Source: Felis catus (lineage: Eukaryota). From it: a stretch of DNA of 64,000 nt. The stretch covers positions 3,040,001 to 3,104,000 of the forward strand of contig NC_058369.1 in the NCBI RefSeq assembly GCF_018350175.1, read 5' to 3'. Position numbers and translations under genes: made by a program. Below the pieces are notes generated by a model that did no database searches, was not told the origin of the DNA, and saw only the letters and a program-made list of their open reading frames with translations. Shown in pieces: positions 48,435-64,000 of the stretch. How positions within the stretch are numbered: position 1 is the first letter of the stretch; every line of letters starts with the position of its first letter.

Positions 48435-48568
48435 CAGTTTGCTTTTTCTTTCCCTGTTTTGTTTTGAACCTAAGGAAGCAGGTCTGAGAAGACGCCAGGA
48501 GCAGGGCCGCCCTCCCCGGAGACGGGCGGGCGGGCGGGCGGGGGAGAGCGGGGCGCCGGGGGTCCCCG
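48435..48568 (-). other. MAP2K2: MAP2K2 short 3' UTR (end approximate)
   Basis: Follows stop; ends in A-rich AAAACAAAACAGGGAAAGAAAAAGCAAA without AATAAA. Confidence 0.55.
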
Positions 48569-49438
<870 letters not shown>

Positions 49439-50312
49439 TCACACGCGCCTCTAACACACATCACTGGGACACCTCCCGCGTCGGAAGACTTTCCGGAAGA
49501 GTCACCGCGCACAGAGCCTTCCCGCCTGGCGTTCTCGGTGGCGCCCACGACCAGGAGACGCTGGTCGTCACCAGAACGAATAGAGAATGTGGGACTGGGC
49601 AAGGTGTTTGGGGACACGTCAGAGGAGGGGGCTGAGGCGAGACCCCAGGAGGCAGCCGGGCCAGCTGAGAGGGGCCCGGGACACGTCCCCTGGGGAGAAG
49701 CACTGTCCTTTGCAAAGGTCCTGAGGTGGAGGCTAACTGGAGGAAGCGGGAAGGCTGAGGCTCCCTTACTGGAAAGACCACGTTGCGGTAACTGAGAGAC
49801 GCTCGTGTTTGGACGCTCGGCACCAGAGACCGAGAACCAGCAGGTGTGACCCTCGCGGTCTCGTGTCGTGGAGGTGCCTGAAGAGCAGGCCTCCCCAGGC
49901 TTGGCAGGGTGGCCGTGGGCGAGGAGGCCCGGCCGCAGAGGGGGTCAAGTTCACAGAAAGAAATGCCCCAGGTCAACGGGCTGGCAGCCCCACCCGCCCC
50001 CACCCTGCCAGGGGGAAGGGGAGTTGACGCCCACCTGGCTTCTCAAGGACACCGGACGCCGCACAGGGAGGCCGGCGGCCCTCGGGTCTCCCCGATCTGT
50101 GGGGCCCGCCAGGCCCAAGGCGGGAGCCGCACAGAAGCGTGAGGGCCCCGGCACTCCCAGGCGCGGACACCCCGACCACGGACACAGCTGGGCCATCCCG
50201 CTCCTCCGGGAGCCAAGGGCGCCACGGCTGCTCGGAGCAGAGGAGACCCGCAGGGGACCCACACGCGCCCCGAGGAGCGCCCCCGGGGCCCGGAACCCGC
50301 GGCCTCACTCAC

Positions 50313-50358
50313 CGTGAGCGTCTTCAGGTCGGCTCGCTCCGCTGGGTTCTTAATGAGG
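50313..50358 (-). CDS. MAP2K2: MAP2K2 exon 10: (C)LIKNPAERADLKTLT
   Basis: ctccag acceptor, G|GTGAGT donor, 46 nt. Confidence 0.95.
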
Positions 50359-51435
50359 CTGGAGAGGAGGACAGGGGGTGGGAAGACAAGGCAGGGCCGT
50401 TAGCCGGTGGCCGCGGAGACCTGCGTGCGGAGCCGGGGTGGGTCAGCCGCGTCCCCACGCCCGGCCGGTCCGAAGCCTGGATGCAGCAAGGCACAGAGTC
50501 TGCTCTGCTTCCCCCTTGCTGGGAGGGCACGACCCCCGGGGACGGAAGGGCAAGAGGGATGGGGCGAGGCCGTGGGGACGCCCCCGCTGCCGCTCCGTCA
50601 GGCCCAGCGGCAATGCGGCTGCACTGCTAACGAATGTCCCCAATTTGGGAGTCCCAGTGTCAAAATGGAACTTTTTCCTTCAGAAAAGCAGAACTGCCCC
50701 TAAGAACCGTTGCTCAAACCAGCCTGAGGCCAAATGGTGGCTGTTCAAACACAAAAGAAAACGCAACGGGTACAGAAGCATTGACACGTCACTGGATTTG
50801 AGCCGCAGCATGCTGGCCAGCGGTCGTGCAAAGGGCCAGTGGTGGCTTTGCCACCAGGAGCGGGTGCTGCCGTGTGGGACGCCCTGCCGGCCCGCTCATC
50901 CTGATGTGCAGGACGGCCCTGAGGGTGAGGGGCGGCTCCCAGGCCCCTTGCTGCTCTGGAGCCTGCGCGCCCCGGGCCCGGGCTGACGCGGCAAGAAAAG
51001 GTGGCCACTTGCCGGAAAGCGACTGGGAAGGCTCATGTGAAAGATGGGGCAGTTACGGGCTTGAGAGGCTAGGAGACGGAGGTGCTTGCTGGTGGAAGGT
51101 GAGGTGGGAATGGCATCATTTCCAAACGGCCCGTGATCCTCATCTGCTCTGGGGACGAGATGGGGCCACCAGCTGGATACCACGACTCAGCAGCCTCGAA
51201 AGGGAACCCATCTGGGTTCTCGGGTGAGCTCCAGGTGCCCCCCAGGCACGGCCACCCACCGGCAGCGCCCATCGGTCCCGGCAGAGGGGCCCGGCCCCGG
51301 ACCAGGAAGGAAGTGCACATCTGGGTCGGTGGCCAGGGTGTGGGCGGCCATCCCGGGAGGCAGGCGGGGCCCCCGGCGGCCTGGCATCCCGCCCCGGCCC
51401 GCCCCGAGACCGTGCTGGAGGCGGTGGCACCTTAC

Positions 51436-51497
51436 CATTTATTTACAAACTCCTGGAAGTCCTGGGTGAAGACACCGCTGGGCAGCTTGGGAGGCGG
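51436..51497 (-). CDS. MAP2K2: MAP2K2 exon 9: [20 protein letters not shown](C)
   Basis: cacag acceptor, TG|GTAAG donor, 62 nt. Confidence 0.95.
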
Positions 51498-52489
51498 CTG
51501 TGGGCGGACAGAGAGGTGGAGGTTAGATGCTCAAGGATGGTTCTGGAATCACGGGGAAAGGCGCCTGCCAGTCCCGCGTCCGCGGGACAGCACAGCACTT
51601 TTCGGGGACCCTCAGAAGGCACCGCCCTTGGCCCCAGTCCTTTCACGTTCATCGCTAGAGAGGCACCCCTCCCCACCCCGTCTTCCAGCGGCTTCCCCAC
51701 CCGCCCTGCCAACTCGGCCAGGCTCTTCAGGGCTCTCTTGGAAAGGTCTGGCTTCAGGATCACAACTGGTTGTGGGGGGAAAGGACAGGGCCCACCCCCA
51801 CTTTACAGATGTGTGTCGTACTGTCTGGGCCACCTGTCTCCGGCAGGGGGTTGGGAGCACCGGGGGGGGGGGGCAGCTCGTTCCGGGTTTGGGCCTGGAA
51901 GCTGGGGAAGCCGGGACACAGGCGCCTGGGCGGGGACAGCTGTGTGTGGGGCTAAGCCCCCGTCAGGGAAGGCTGTGGGCCAACGGTCCCGGTGAAACCC
52001 AGCAGGGGTGGGAGGACAGACGTGCTCGCTGGGCCCGGGCGTGGCTGCCAGGTGCAGGGCCGTGTCACCAGAGCCAGCCCGTCCTGTTCTGTCATCACTG
52101 ACCCTGCTCTGAGCTGCTCACTGGACGCCCAGCCCTGGACCGAGCCAGGGCCTCAGGCAGCCTGGCCGCCCTGTTTCTCCGCCCTGACTCAAAAGGGCCA
52201 CCGAGAACACGCTGCGGCCCACGCCAACGCCCAGGAAGGGTGGCCTGACCGAGCCGGGAGGGCGGGCCTCGGGGTCAGGCCCTACTCAGCCCTTTCCCGG
52301 CCCGAGGAGCCGCCCCCGTCCGTGCCCGCGGCTCACTCGTGTGTATGAGGGAAGCGGTCCCGCCACCTGCCCCCCGCGACAAGCTCCGGTCTGTGCCTGC
52401 AGCTCCTTCCTCTGGGTCACGCGGGCAAATCCAAGCCAAACGGCTTACCCCGCCCCCGGGCAGCCGGGCCGGGGGCTCCGGGTACGCAC

Positions 52490-52554
52490 CTCATTCACAA
52501 TGTAGTCCAGCAGCTCGAAGATGGCCATGGCCGGCCGGCTGTCCGTCCCGTGGC
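52490..52554 (-). CDS. MAP2K2: MAP2K2 exon 8: (G)[21 protein letters not shown]
   Basis: ctgcag acceptor, AG|GTGCGT donor, 65 nt. Confidence 0.95.
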
Positions 52555-53329
52555 CTGCAGGGGCAGAGACAGACCCAGGGGTGAGGCGGGCGTCCGCTGA
52601 GCACCCTTCCCCCCGACGCCGGCCTGAACCAGAGGCGGCGGCCCGGCCGTGCCCCTGGCTACTGCGCCTGCCTCCCTGGCAAAGCGGCTTCTCTTCTGAG
52701 CCTCCCGTGACTTAACAAAACAAAACGAGACGAGACGCCAAAACGAACAGGAGTGTTTTTTGAGAAGTCACACATTTGGCACGGGGCTGCCTCCAGGCTG
52801 TGCCAAAGTCACAGCCCCTGCTTTCTAGCACACAGGCAGGGGGTGGGGGGTGACCACGAGCAAGGGCGGCAGCGTGACCTCGCTCGGAGCCGTGGGTGAA
52901 GGCGGCATCAGGCCCCGAACGCCGCCCAGGACGGATGAGCGGCTGGGGGTAGCTGACCCTTGTCTTTGGCCCAGCTGGCCAGGGCCAGGTTTGGCCGCTG
53001 GACTTTCGCCTCCTGTCCCCTGTCCTGAAACGGGCACGTGAGCTGGGGCTGGGGGAGGCGCCGGCAGGCCGAGGCGGCCTGGCACGACACCCCCTGCGGC
53101 TTCTCCCTGCCGGGACGGGGCCTCGGCGGAGTGCCCGCGACGCCATCCGGGAGTTGGTGCTGGGAGGGACGGAGCCAGGGCCCGAGGACACACACGGGGG
53201 CGGGAGACGGGAGAAAACCAAGACTCCCGGACCCCCTGGGTCTGGCACCAGGAGAGGAGAGGAGAGGAGCCGGGCTCACAAACCGCTGCCGGACTGCCGG
53301 CGCCTGTGGGCAGCGAAGACACGGCGCCA

Positions 53330-53695
53330 CACACAGGGACGCTCGGCCGCCAGCGGGAGCGAGGCGCCCGCCCCCGCCGCCCCGCGGACGGACCCCGGAC
53401 ACGCGCCGCTCAGGGAGGGACCCAGACACCAGAGGCCACGCGGGCTGGGAGTCCACGGGTGTGAAACGTCCGGAACGGGCTCGTCCACGGAAGGGAAGGG
53501 GGCTCGTGGTTGCCAGGGGCTGGGGCGGGGGTGACGGCTGACGGGGATGGGGCTTCTTTTCAGGGTGATGGAACGTTCTGGAACCAGACAGTGGTGACGG
53601 CTGCACAGCCTTGTGAAGACGCAGACAGCCACTGGCTTGCACCCCTTAAGCTAGTAAGTCACACGGCGTGTGACGTCTCTCTGTAAAGCTAGTAT
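53330..53695 (+). mobile_element. L1MB 3' end, copy A4 with GC core 53342-53509
   Basis: core then gtggttgccaggggct..gggtgatggaacgttctggaacc.gacagtggtgacggctgcacagccttgtga. Confidence 0.75.
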
Positions 53696-54401
53696 GAAGC
53701 AAAGGCACGGGCCAGCCGCTGTCCACGGCGCACTCCTCCAGACTCCCTCCGCTCCCTTCCTGTCCCGACTTAAGGAAAAGAAAGACAGCAGAGCCCTGAG
53801 CGCTGTTTCCTAGTTACGCTGCCGTGACCCTCCGCCCTCGCCCTCCAAAGTGGCCAAAGGGCCAGCCTGAAGCTCTCTGGCCCTGGGCAGCCCCCCCACC
53901 GCACAGGTGACCGCCGCGGGTACGGGGAGTCCTGTGGGAGCCCAGCTGGCCCCCCGCGCCCCCCAGCCGCCCGCTCCCTCCTGCGCTGCGTGTCGGGACT
54001 GAACCCGGCAGACCAGCCGAGGGGGTCTGACTTGAGTCAGTCTCGGTCTCCGAACGGCAGAGCCTTCGCCCAAAGTCCAGGTGGTGGGCCTATGGGTGCT
54101 CACCGGGCAATCCCCGTGGGCCTCTCTCTACATTTGAGTGTTTCCGGAATACAGTGCTGGAAAAACCACCCAAATGACAGTTTGGCTGAGAGGTTAGTTT
54201 CTAGATGCCCCACAGCTGGTTAACACGTGCAGCTGCCCCTGGATGGGACCGTGTCTGGGCGGCCGCCCCCATAAGCCTCAGGTGCCCAGGACACCCCGTG
54301 GGGGACAGGACCGGGTCTGGGGGCCGTCCCCACAAGCCTCAGGTGCCCCGGGATACCCTGGACGGGTAACACTGCCCGTCCAGCCCAAAGTTCCAGATTC
54401 A

Positions 54402-55670
<1,269 letters not shown>

Positions 55671-55758
55671 CTAATTCGCCACGTGAGGACAGCACTGTGG
55701 GGTGCCACCCACAGGGCGCCAAGGCCCGTGCGGGGCAGGAAAGCGTCCCTCCACCTCA

Positions 55759-55971
<213 letters not shown>

Positions 55972-57174
55972 CTAGGGTCGGCACAGAGGGGAGAAAGCCG
56001 GCTCTGAGCGGTGGGCCAGGCGGGGCCTGCGGTGCAGAGGAGGAGTCCCAGAGGGACACCGGGGAGCAGGCAGGACAGCGGAGCACTTCCCCGCTTCCCA
56101 GGAGCTGGAGCTCAATCTCCTCCACGGGACACGGAGGCCAGACCACAGCCAGACGCGACTCGCTGGTCAAGAGCAGGGACCCCCTCCGGTCCCTGTCACC
56201 TCCGGGGCCTCGGGACGGCCCATCCAGTAAGGAAGCGACGAGAGTGCCGGCCGGCGTCCTAGGCGGCCCATCCTCCCAGAAAGCGAGGCCCAGGACTCAG
56301 CCTTCGCCAGCTCGCCACACTGGCAGCAGGCGGAGGGAAGCAGCCAGCTTCTGGGGCTGGGTTCTCCTCCTGCAGGTCGGAGGCAGCCCCGGCAGAAGGG
56401 CAGCGGGGGCCCGGAGGCACTGGCACAGGAGAAAGAGCGCTGCCCACAGCTCCCGGCTCCCGGGCCCCCGTCCCTCAGGCCTTGTCACGTGCTCGCCCCT
56501 GTGCGCAGATACGTCCTGCCTTCAAAGGATGGGCACAGGTCCTGCCAGTCTGAGTCCCACCTCACCCCACCCCAGTCATGGCCTTAAACCCGCAGGCTGT
56601 CAGACAGCAAACCTGGAGACCAAACCTAGGTGGGGCTGAGGAATGCCCACTGGGTCCCCTGGGACGCTAGATGGACCCATTAAGTTCCACGCGCGGGGGG
56701 CCAGCATCTGAGCTCAACGCTGGGCAGCCTCGGGCCGGTACGGTCTCCACCAAGCGGCTCTGGGCCGCCTACAGCCACACGGCTTCCTCGAAGCCAGAGG
56801 AAGGGGTGCGGGGAGGAGAGCCTGAAATCCCAGGGGTGCCGGGGCCTCGTATCTCCAGCACTTCTACCCGAGTCGTGCCCAGTGAGAAAGGCCAGGGGTG
56901 GGAAGTTCTAGAAAACCCGATACACGATGAAGCCTCTACAACCTGCACGTGACTCTCGAGTGCCCAGACGGCCACCCTCGGGACCAGGCGTCCTGGCTCA
57001 GCCTGCTCTGTCTGCAGGGCGGGGGCGTTCCTTCCAGCCCTCCCGTTTTCTCCTGTATCAACCAATCTTAGAAGAATCAAAAAACAAATTCTTTTAAAAC
57101 CGTGACCCTGCTTCCTGACACAGCTCCTTTCGTTCTTAATTGTCACGGACCTACCACAGGCTTATGAACGAGGA

Positions 57175-57313
57175 TGTCCGGGGGGAACATCCCCAGAGGC
57201 CACGGGAGGCCAGGCACTGCCCAGTCCTGCCGGCCACACGTGTCCCACACATGTCCCCAGACGTGGCCCGGTGTCCCCTGGGGCAAGAGCAGTCCCGGAT
57301 GAGACCCCCCTGG
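57175..57313 (-). mobile_element. MER20-like relic (partial)
   Basis: acatgtccccagacgtggcccggtgtcccctgggg..ggatgagacc. Confidence 0.45.
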
Positions 57314-59529
57314 TCTGCACTAAGTGTAAATCGTTCAAGTCACGTTGACAGGAAGTGGCAGAGATATAGCACAACTGGGTGTCTCTGACCCCAAATCTCA
57401 CGCGTGTGCAGCATCCCACACTTTCATTATGCATAGGTGTCCTAAATGCTCTGGGAACCGTACCCTGATCAAGCAGGTGCTATGTGAGTACCTTCCTTAT
57501 AAAACCCTCAACTGTAGGCACGTCACCCCCTAATCTCCTGGAGAGTCCGCTGGCCTCCCCTGAAGCGTGACTTCTATTGTTCCAGATCTTTCTGTGTATC
57601 TGCAGAGGCATCCCCATGCGCGGGGAAACATGGAGTTTAACAAATGTACCTAAACGGCTCCCGTTATGCATACTTTCTCCTCAGGGAGCCTCGTGCTCGG
57701 GGCACACACGCCCTGTCGCCCAGTCACCTCTGTCCCCGGCCTGGGTGGGGATCACCCTTTCCTCTCCCTGCCGGGCGGAGGTGTGACTTCAGATCTGACT
57801 AGACCCCAGGAAACACCAAGAGGTGCCTGTGAACAGTCAGCAGGCTGCCCCCCAAAGTACCCGCTGTCTGCGGGGTCCGTGCCCGGAGTGGCCCCAGCGA
57901 CAGCCTCAGGCCACCAGGAAACCGCCGGCCCATTGCTTCTAAGCCCCACACACCCCATGGGCCGGCCCGGGGAGACCATCCCTGCGTGCGGGATCCGCGC
58001 TGCTCGTCACCAGCTGGGGGTCTCTTGCTGCAAGCGGGGGCCGGAGTCCTCCCGGCTGGACACAGGAGCCAATTCGCACGCAAACCTGCGCAGACAGTCT
58101 CGCCCCCTGCCCTCGGCTCCAGGTGCTGGCGGAAGGCTGGCTCTCCCGCCCCCCAGCTCTACGGGTGGAAGGCGAGAGGCTCGTCCCCAGCCATGCCGCT
58201 GAGAGGCGAGCGGTGGCGTGGACGCCCGGCCCCAGGCTGTCGCCCGATATGGCACACGAGTGAATGACGGAGAGACAGAAAGCCCTGGGGAATGCGGCTC
58301 AGGAGGGGATCGTGGGCTGGGGGCCACCCCCCGGCCCCCCGCCCCGGGTACTGTGCTGTCATCTTGTCGTCTCCAGGCCTTCCTTGCCCAGACCGCCCCC
58401 TCCTCCGGGCTCACCCGAAACCTGAAAACCGGTGGCCTCCTGGCTTCGTGCACGGTAACCCCCGCGGCAGGTGGGGAGCGCGGGCCTCACCTGACCGCGT
58501 CTTCTCACGGGTGCTACACGCTCGCTCTAGCTCCCTCCCGCCCTCGCGATAAAAGCAAACCGAAAGAACCCAACCAGGAACGTGTAGAGGACGAGCGAGC
58601 AGGCGGCCGGGATCCCTGCCCCTCCCCCTCATCGCTGCAGCCCATTCTCCGTGTCGCCGGGGCACAGATGCCTCCGCAGGAAACCGAGAACAGAAGCGGG
58701 GCCAGGGGGCCGAGGCGGGACGCGGGGCCTCTTCTGCAAGGGAAGGTGGCGGCTTCGGACCCGCACCGCGCTCCGGGGCAGCAGGGAGGGGAGGCGGGGG
58801 CTTGCCTCGACCACCTTTCTTGCCCTTGGCTCTCTCTGGCCGCGACCGGCGGGCGGGGCGCTGCCTGACCCGGGGCCTGGGGCCTGCAGCACCCCGTCTG
58901 GGGCACGGTTACACCACGAGCGCTCACGAAGCGTCCCTCACGGGGGCTTGCTGAAACTCACTTCCTGCCCGCGTTACAACACCGTCGGAGGGGACGGCGC
59001 ACGCCTGCGAGGCGTAACCGAAGCCGCCGTGCCTAAGGCCACAGCATCCTGGTTTTGCAAGGGCCCCACAGGGCCGGGGCCCGGGGAGCCGAGTGGCAGA
59101 CAGCCCCACACCTGACGGATTCGGCTCGGAACAGGGTGGGCAGCATTTCCTCCCAGGGCCCTCAGCTCTGACCACTTCTGCTTCTGTTACACCCGACCCC
59201 ACCCAGTTCTGACGTTCAAGACCACGGTTTCTCGTCAGGATCAGCCGTGGTGGCTTGAGCCAAGAGAGGTGCCCGTGTTGCACCCCGAAGCTTCTGACTC
59301 CGCAGGCCTGAGCTGGGGGGGCAGAGCGGGGTTTCGCCTTTAACGGAGCTCGCTCTTCAGAGGGCACCTAGGAAACACCAATCGAGATTGCCGGACGCCT
59401 TGGGCCCGGCAACTCCAGCTTCGGGACCTTATCCCGCGTCTCGTGTAAGGGAATTTCATTCGCCGTGGCTTGGGACGGGTCGGGATCAGCCCGTGCCCAC
59501 CATCAAGGAGTGTTTAATAAGCCACCTTA

Positions 59530-60800
<1,271 letters not shown>

Positions 60801-63800
60801 AGCAAACCTCAACGGAGCAAACATTTTCACTTGGCTACAGGGGAGCTCTGGTAAGAGGAATCTTGAGGAATCTTTCCCCCCAGTCACCCAAAGCACCAGC
60901 CCAGGGTGGCCCGGGACCTCCGCCCCTCTCCGCCAGGGGCCTGCCTCTGGAGTCCCACATCCCCACACGGAGGGAGCTCCGGGCCACCACCCGAGGGTCC
61001 TAGCTCCCCTTCACCTGAGTTTAAGTCAGCAGAGGGGACGGTCACCTCGAGATTCAAAAGGTGAGAAACCAAAGGAGCATCTGGAGAGATGTAGGATGCA
61101 GGGGACACAGCGCCAAGAGCCATGCCCACCGGGAAGGGAGCTGAGGCCGTGGTTCCCTGTCCCGGCCACTGAGACAGGACAAGAGAAATGGGAGAGGCGG
61201 AAAAGGATCGAGGGCGTCTGAGCCTTTCAGACGTCTGCATGGAGTCCCTGTGACGGGCAGAGGGAGTGGTAAAGACCTGCTCGGAGGGAGCAGGGGAGAC
61301 AACTGGCTTGGGGGAGGCTCCCCAGGCCTGGAAGGCCAGGTGAGAGTTGGCCGGATATGGAGGGGGATGGGTGCTCCGCGGGGGACAGAGAGCGGACTGA
61401 GGGGACCAGGAAGGTGTGATTGTGGAGTTCAGGGTGGCACATGGCGTCAGCTCGTGACGATGACCCTGGCGGCCGTGACTGGTGGGTCGCAGTGGCACGG
61501 TGCCCGGTGCCCCTCGCCTTCCCCAGCAAAGTCGGGGAGCTGTCGCTGCCACCCGCGGGGGCAAGCTCTGGCCGCACGCCTGGGCACCGCCCCGCCCCTG
61601 CGGCCACCCGTCCGAGGACTCGGGGACACTCTCTCCTTTGCAGGACCACCTGCCCGGCGGGGACACTCGCGACACGCTGGCTCCGAAAAGGAGCGCGGCG
61701 GCCTACCCAGGAGGCAGCGGTCTCCTCTCAAAAGCCCAGAAAGAGGGCCTGGTTGAGGCCGAGGGATGAGCAATGCGGGCTGATGGCGGCCAGCGCTGCC
61801 CCACAGAACAGGCCGCATGTTCCGTCTTAAACCCTCCCGCTGCCACATTGGAAAAGTACAGGGAAAACAGAGGAGAGGAGTTTTTCGTGTATTTTCACTC
61901 AATGCGATGCACCAAAACATTACTGTTTCAACACGTAATCCGTGAGCTTTCCCCACCCCGAGCGCCTGAAACCCGGAACGCGCTTCCCTGCCCGGACAGC
62001 ACACCTCGGCCGGACCGACCGTGTCCCGACGGCTCGGTGGCCAAGGCTGACCGGGGCGGCTGCCGCGGACGGTGCGGCTCTCGACCGAGAACTTCAAAGG
62101 GGCCGCAGATGAACGACCGAGCTGCAGAACTAGAACTCTGCGGGCTTCGCAGAAGAGGAAGAGCGGGCAGGAGGGGGCACAACTGGACGGAACCCCGGAT
62201 GCCTGGGGTTGGAGCCTTTAACGTGAAGTAAGGCCACAGTAAGTCAAAGGCTTTCGGGAAGGACGCTGCAGAGAGAACGCGGGGGCGAACGAGACTGTAG
62301 AGCGACCTTCCAGATCAGTTAGGAGCCAGCATCTCGTCTGGGGAAAAGCTGGAGCGGGGAGCGAGGGGCACGTCTCTGAGCACATGCGTTCACAACTCCC
62401 GACATCAACCCGGTGGGAGGAGGGCCGAGGGGCAGGTCTAGGTGCCGCGGGGTTAAATCCTGCTCTCGGCGGCACTCAGCTGGTGGGCGGGCAAGTCCGT
62501 GTTGGGGCCAGGCTCCCCGAACACCAACACCACGCGCTTTCCACGCCACTGCCCTGGGGTCACGCAGACGCCAAGGACTAGATAAGGCCGGAGCTCGGCA
62601 TTCAAACCCAACACCAAGCCATCTCGGGGTGTAAAGCGATTATCTCCGCCGCACGATGGGGATCCAGGAGGTGCGAGCTAGAGATGGGGGGGGGGGAATA
62701 AATTCTGGACGCCACAAGCTGATAGCGCCCATCAAGTCGGGGTTGACTGCAAAGGGCCAGTCTGAGAGGGGCCCACCCCAGCCAATTCACACGCCGCCCC
62801 GACCCAGCGTCAGGTTGCCCGTGTGTAAAGTGGGGCTGTTGCTCCTTTTAAACCAGAACATAATGCTGGCTCGGCCGTGGGCCGGGCACTTGAGAGATGG
62901 CAGCTGGTCCCACGATGTGGCCTCACAGAGGCCACAAAACCTCCATCGCGGAGGCAAGCGGGCGCCCGGGGGCCGCACAAACACAAGGCCCAAACTCACT
63001 CGTCCGCTACCAGTCCAGGGAGGCACGTACAGAACCAACACGGCTCTTTGCAGACTCTCCTGGCCCGAATGACGCAGGTTTGGTTCCTAGGGCACGAGGG
63101 GTCGGAACGCCGTGCTTCGGCCAAGAAAACACAATCAAGTGTGACTATAAAAGTCCAGACCAGTTCACTCGGGGCTTATGTAACCGGCCTCCACGTCCCC
63201 CCCACCTCCGTCGATCAAAGGGACCGGAGCCACGCGGGTGACAAAGGATGCTGGCCCACGGAGAAGCCCACCCTGGCCCTCGAACTCCACCCGGCTGGCA
63301 GGGCTGCATTTGCAGATCTGAGAAGCTCTGTACTCAGAAAGCATGGCGTTCAGACCCAGCACGCGGGGACTCGGGATCCACCCAGGGTAATGGCGGGGAA
63401 CGACCGAGGCCGGCCTCCCAAAAACTGCTTTGCGTGTCAATTTCCCACCTACGCCCCCAGCTGAATAAAAACAAACCAGCCTCTTGTGTGAAATGGGCTT
63501 CCGGATGGGATTCAAAAGAGCCTACGACCTCCGCTGACTGGCTAAGAGAGAGCTCCTGGGCCCGTGGAGTCGCAGCCCCGAACTGCGCCGGCTGCGAGGA
63601 CGGCCTTCTCGTTCCAAGCGTCCAATAAGCGCCCGCGGGCACAGCTCCGCTCCGACACGGTGCTGGGCGGGCAGCCACACGGGGCCCACACGACTGAGAG
63701 GCCACAGTCTACGGGGAACAAAACCGGAGGTCTGCTCCCCAATAGGTTAGACCTGTTCTTCTCTTAACTTTTTACTCTGAAGGACTTCTGGAAGCGTGGG

Positions 63801-63861
63801 AAGCTGTTAAGACCGGCAGTGCCCGTCTGGACTTCACCCCACTTCCCTCACGGCGACGGCT

Positions 63862-63916
63862 CACCCGTCACAGGGGAGCACCCATCACAGGGGAGCACCC
63901 CTCGCAAGGGAGCACC
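63862..63916. repeat. 17-bp minisatellite x3 (CACCCnTCACAGGGGAG)
   Basis: Units at 63862, 63879 and 63896. Confidence 0.85.
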
Positions 63917-64000
63917 GTGGCCGTGCGGCAGAACTCATCTGGGCCCCAGGCTCAAGCTCCCGAATCGTACTCCGAAGGCTTGTCCGCAACGGTGTGGACA

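Noticed and set aside
51438..51443. AATAAA inside MAP2K2 exon 9
   Set aside because: Forced by Asn-Lys codons and immediately followed by a strong splice donor; no evidence of use.

Overview
Very GC/CpG-rich mammalian genomic DNA. The Can-SINEs are of feline SINEC_Fc type, so the source is most likely a felid, and the gene order matches human 19p13.3. Three spliced genes can be reconstructed exon by exon with GT-AG sites and phase continuity. PIAS4 (+) is present from exon 3 to 11 with its 3' UTR (118-~8730). ZBTB7A/LRF (-) is complete, 584 aa, with a long 3' UTR, CpG-island promoter near 28.2-31.1 kb and a probable alternative first exon. MAP2K2/MEK2 (-) is present from exon 3 to 11 (59934-48569). 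Exon numbering follows human from memory. The rest is intron/intergenic DNA with Can-SINEs (one nested with a perfect 17-bp TSD), L1M, L2, MIR, MER20, MER33 and MLT1 relics. Almost all other ORFs in the track are GC-content artefacts. The most unusual signal is in ancient L1MB-like 3' UTR relics. Five dispersed copies (plus a second family of two) carry a near-identical ~130-270 bp CpG-island-like core, with shared A/T->G/C changes, a shared tandem duplication and copy-specific tract ends, while their flanks look independently decayed. This suggests ectopic, GC-biased concerted evolution of dead LINE fragments. Repeat-family calls and human comparisons are from memory, not from searches.
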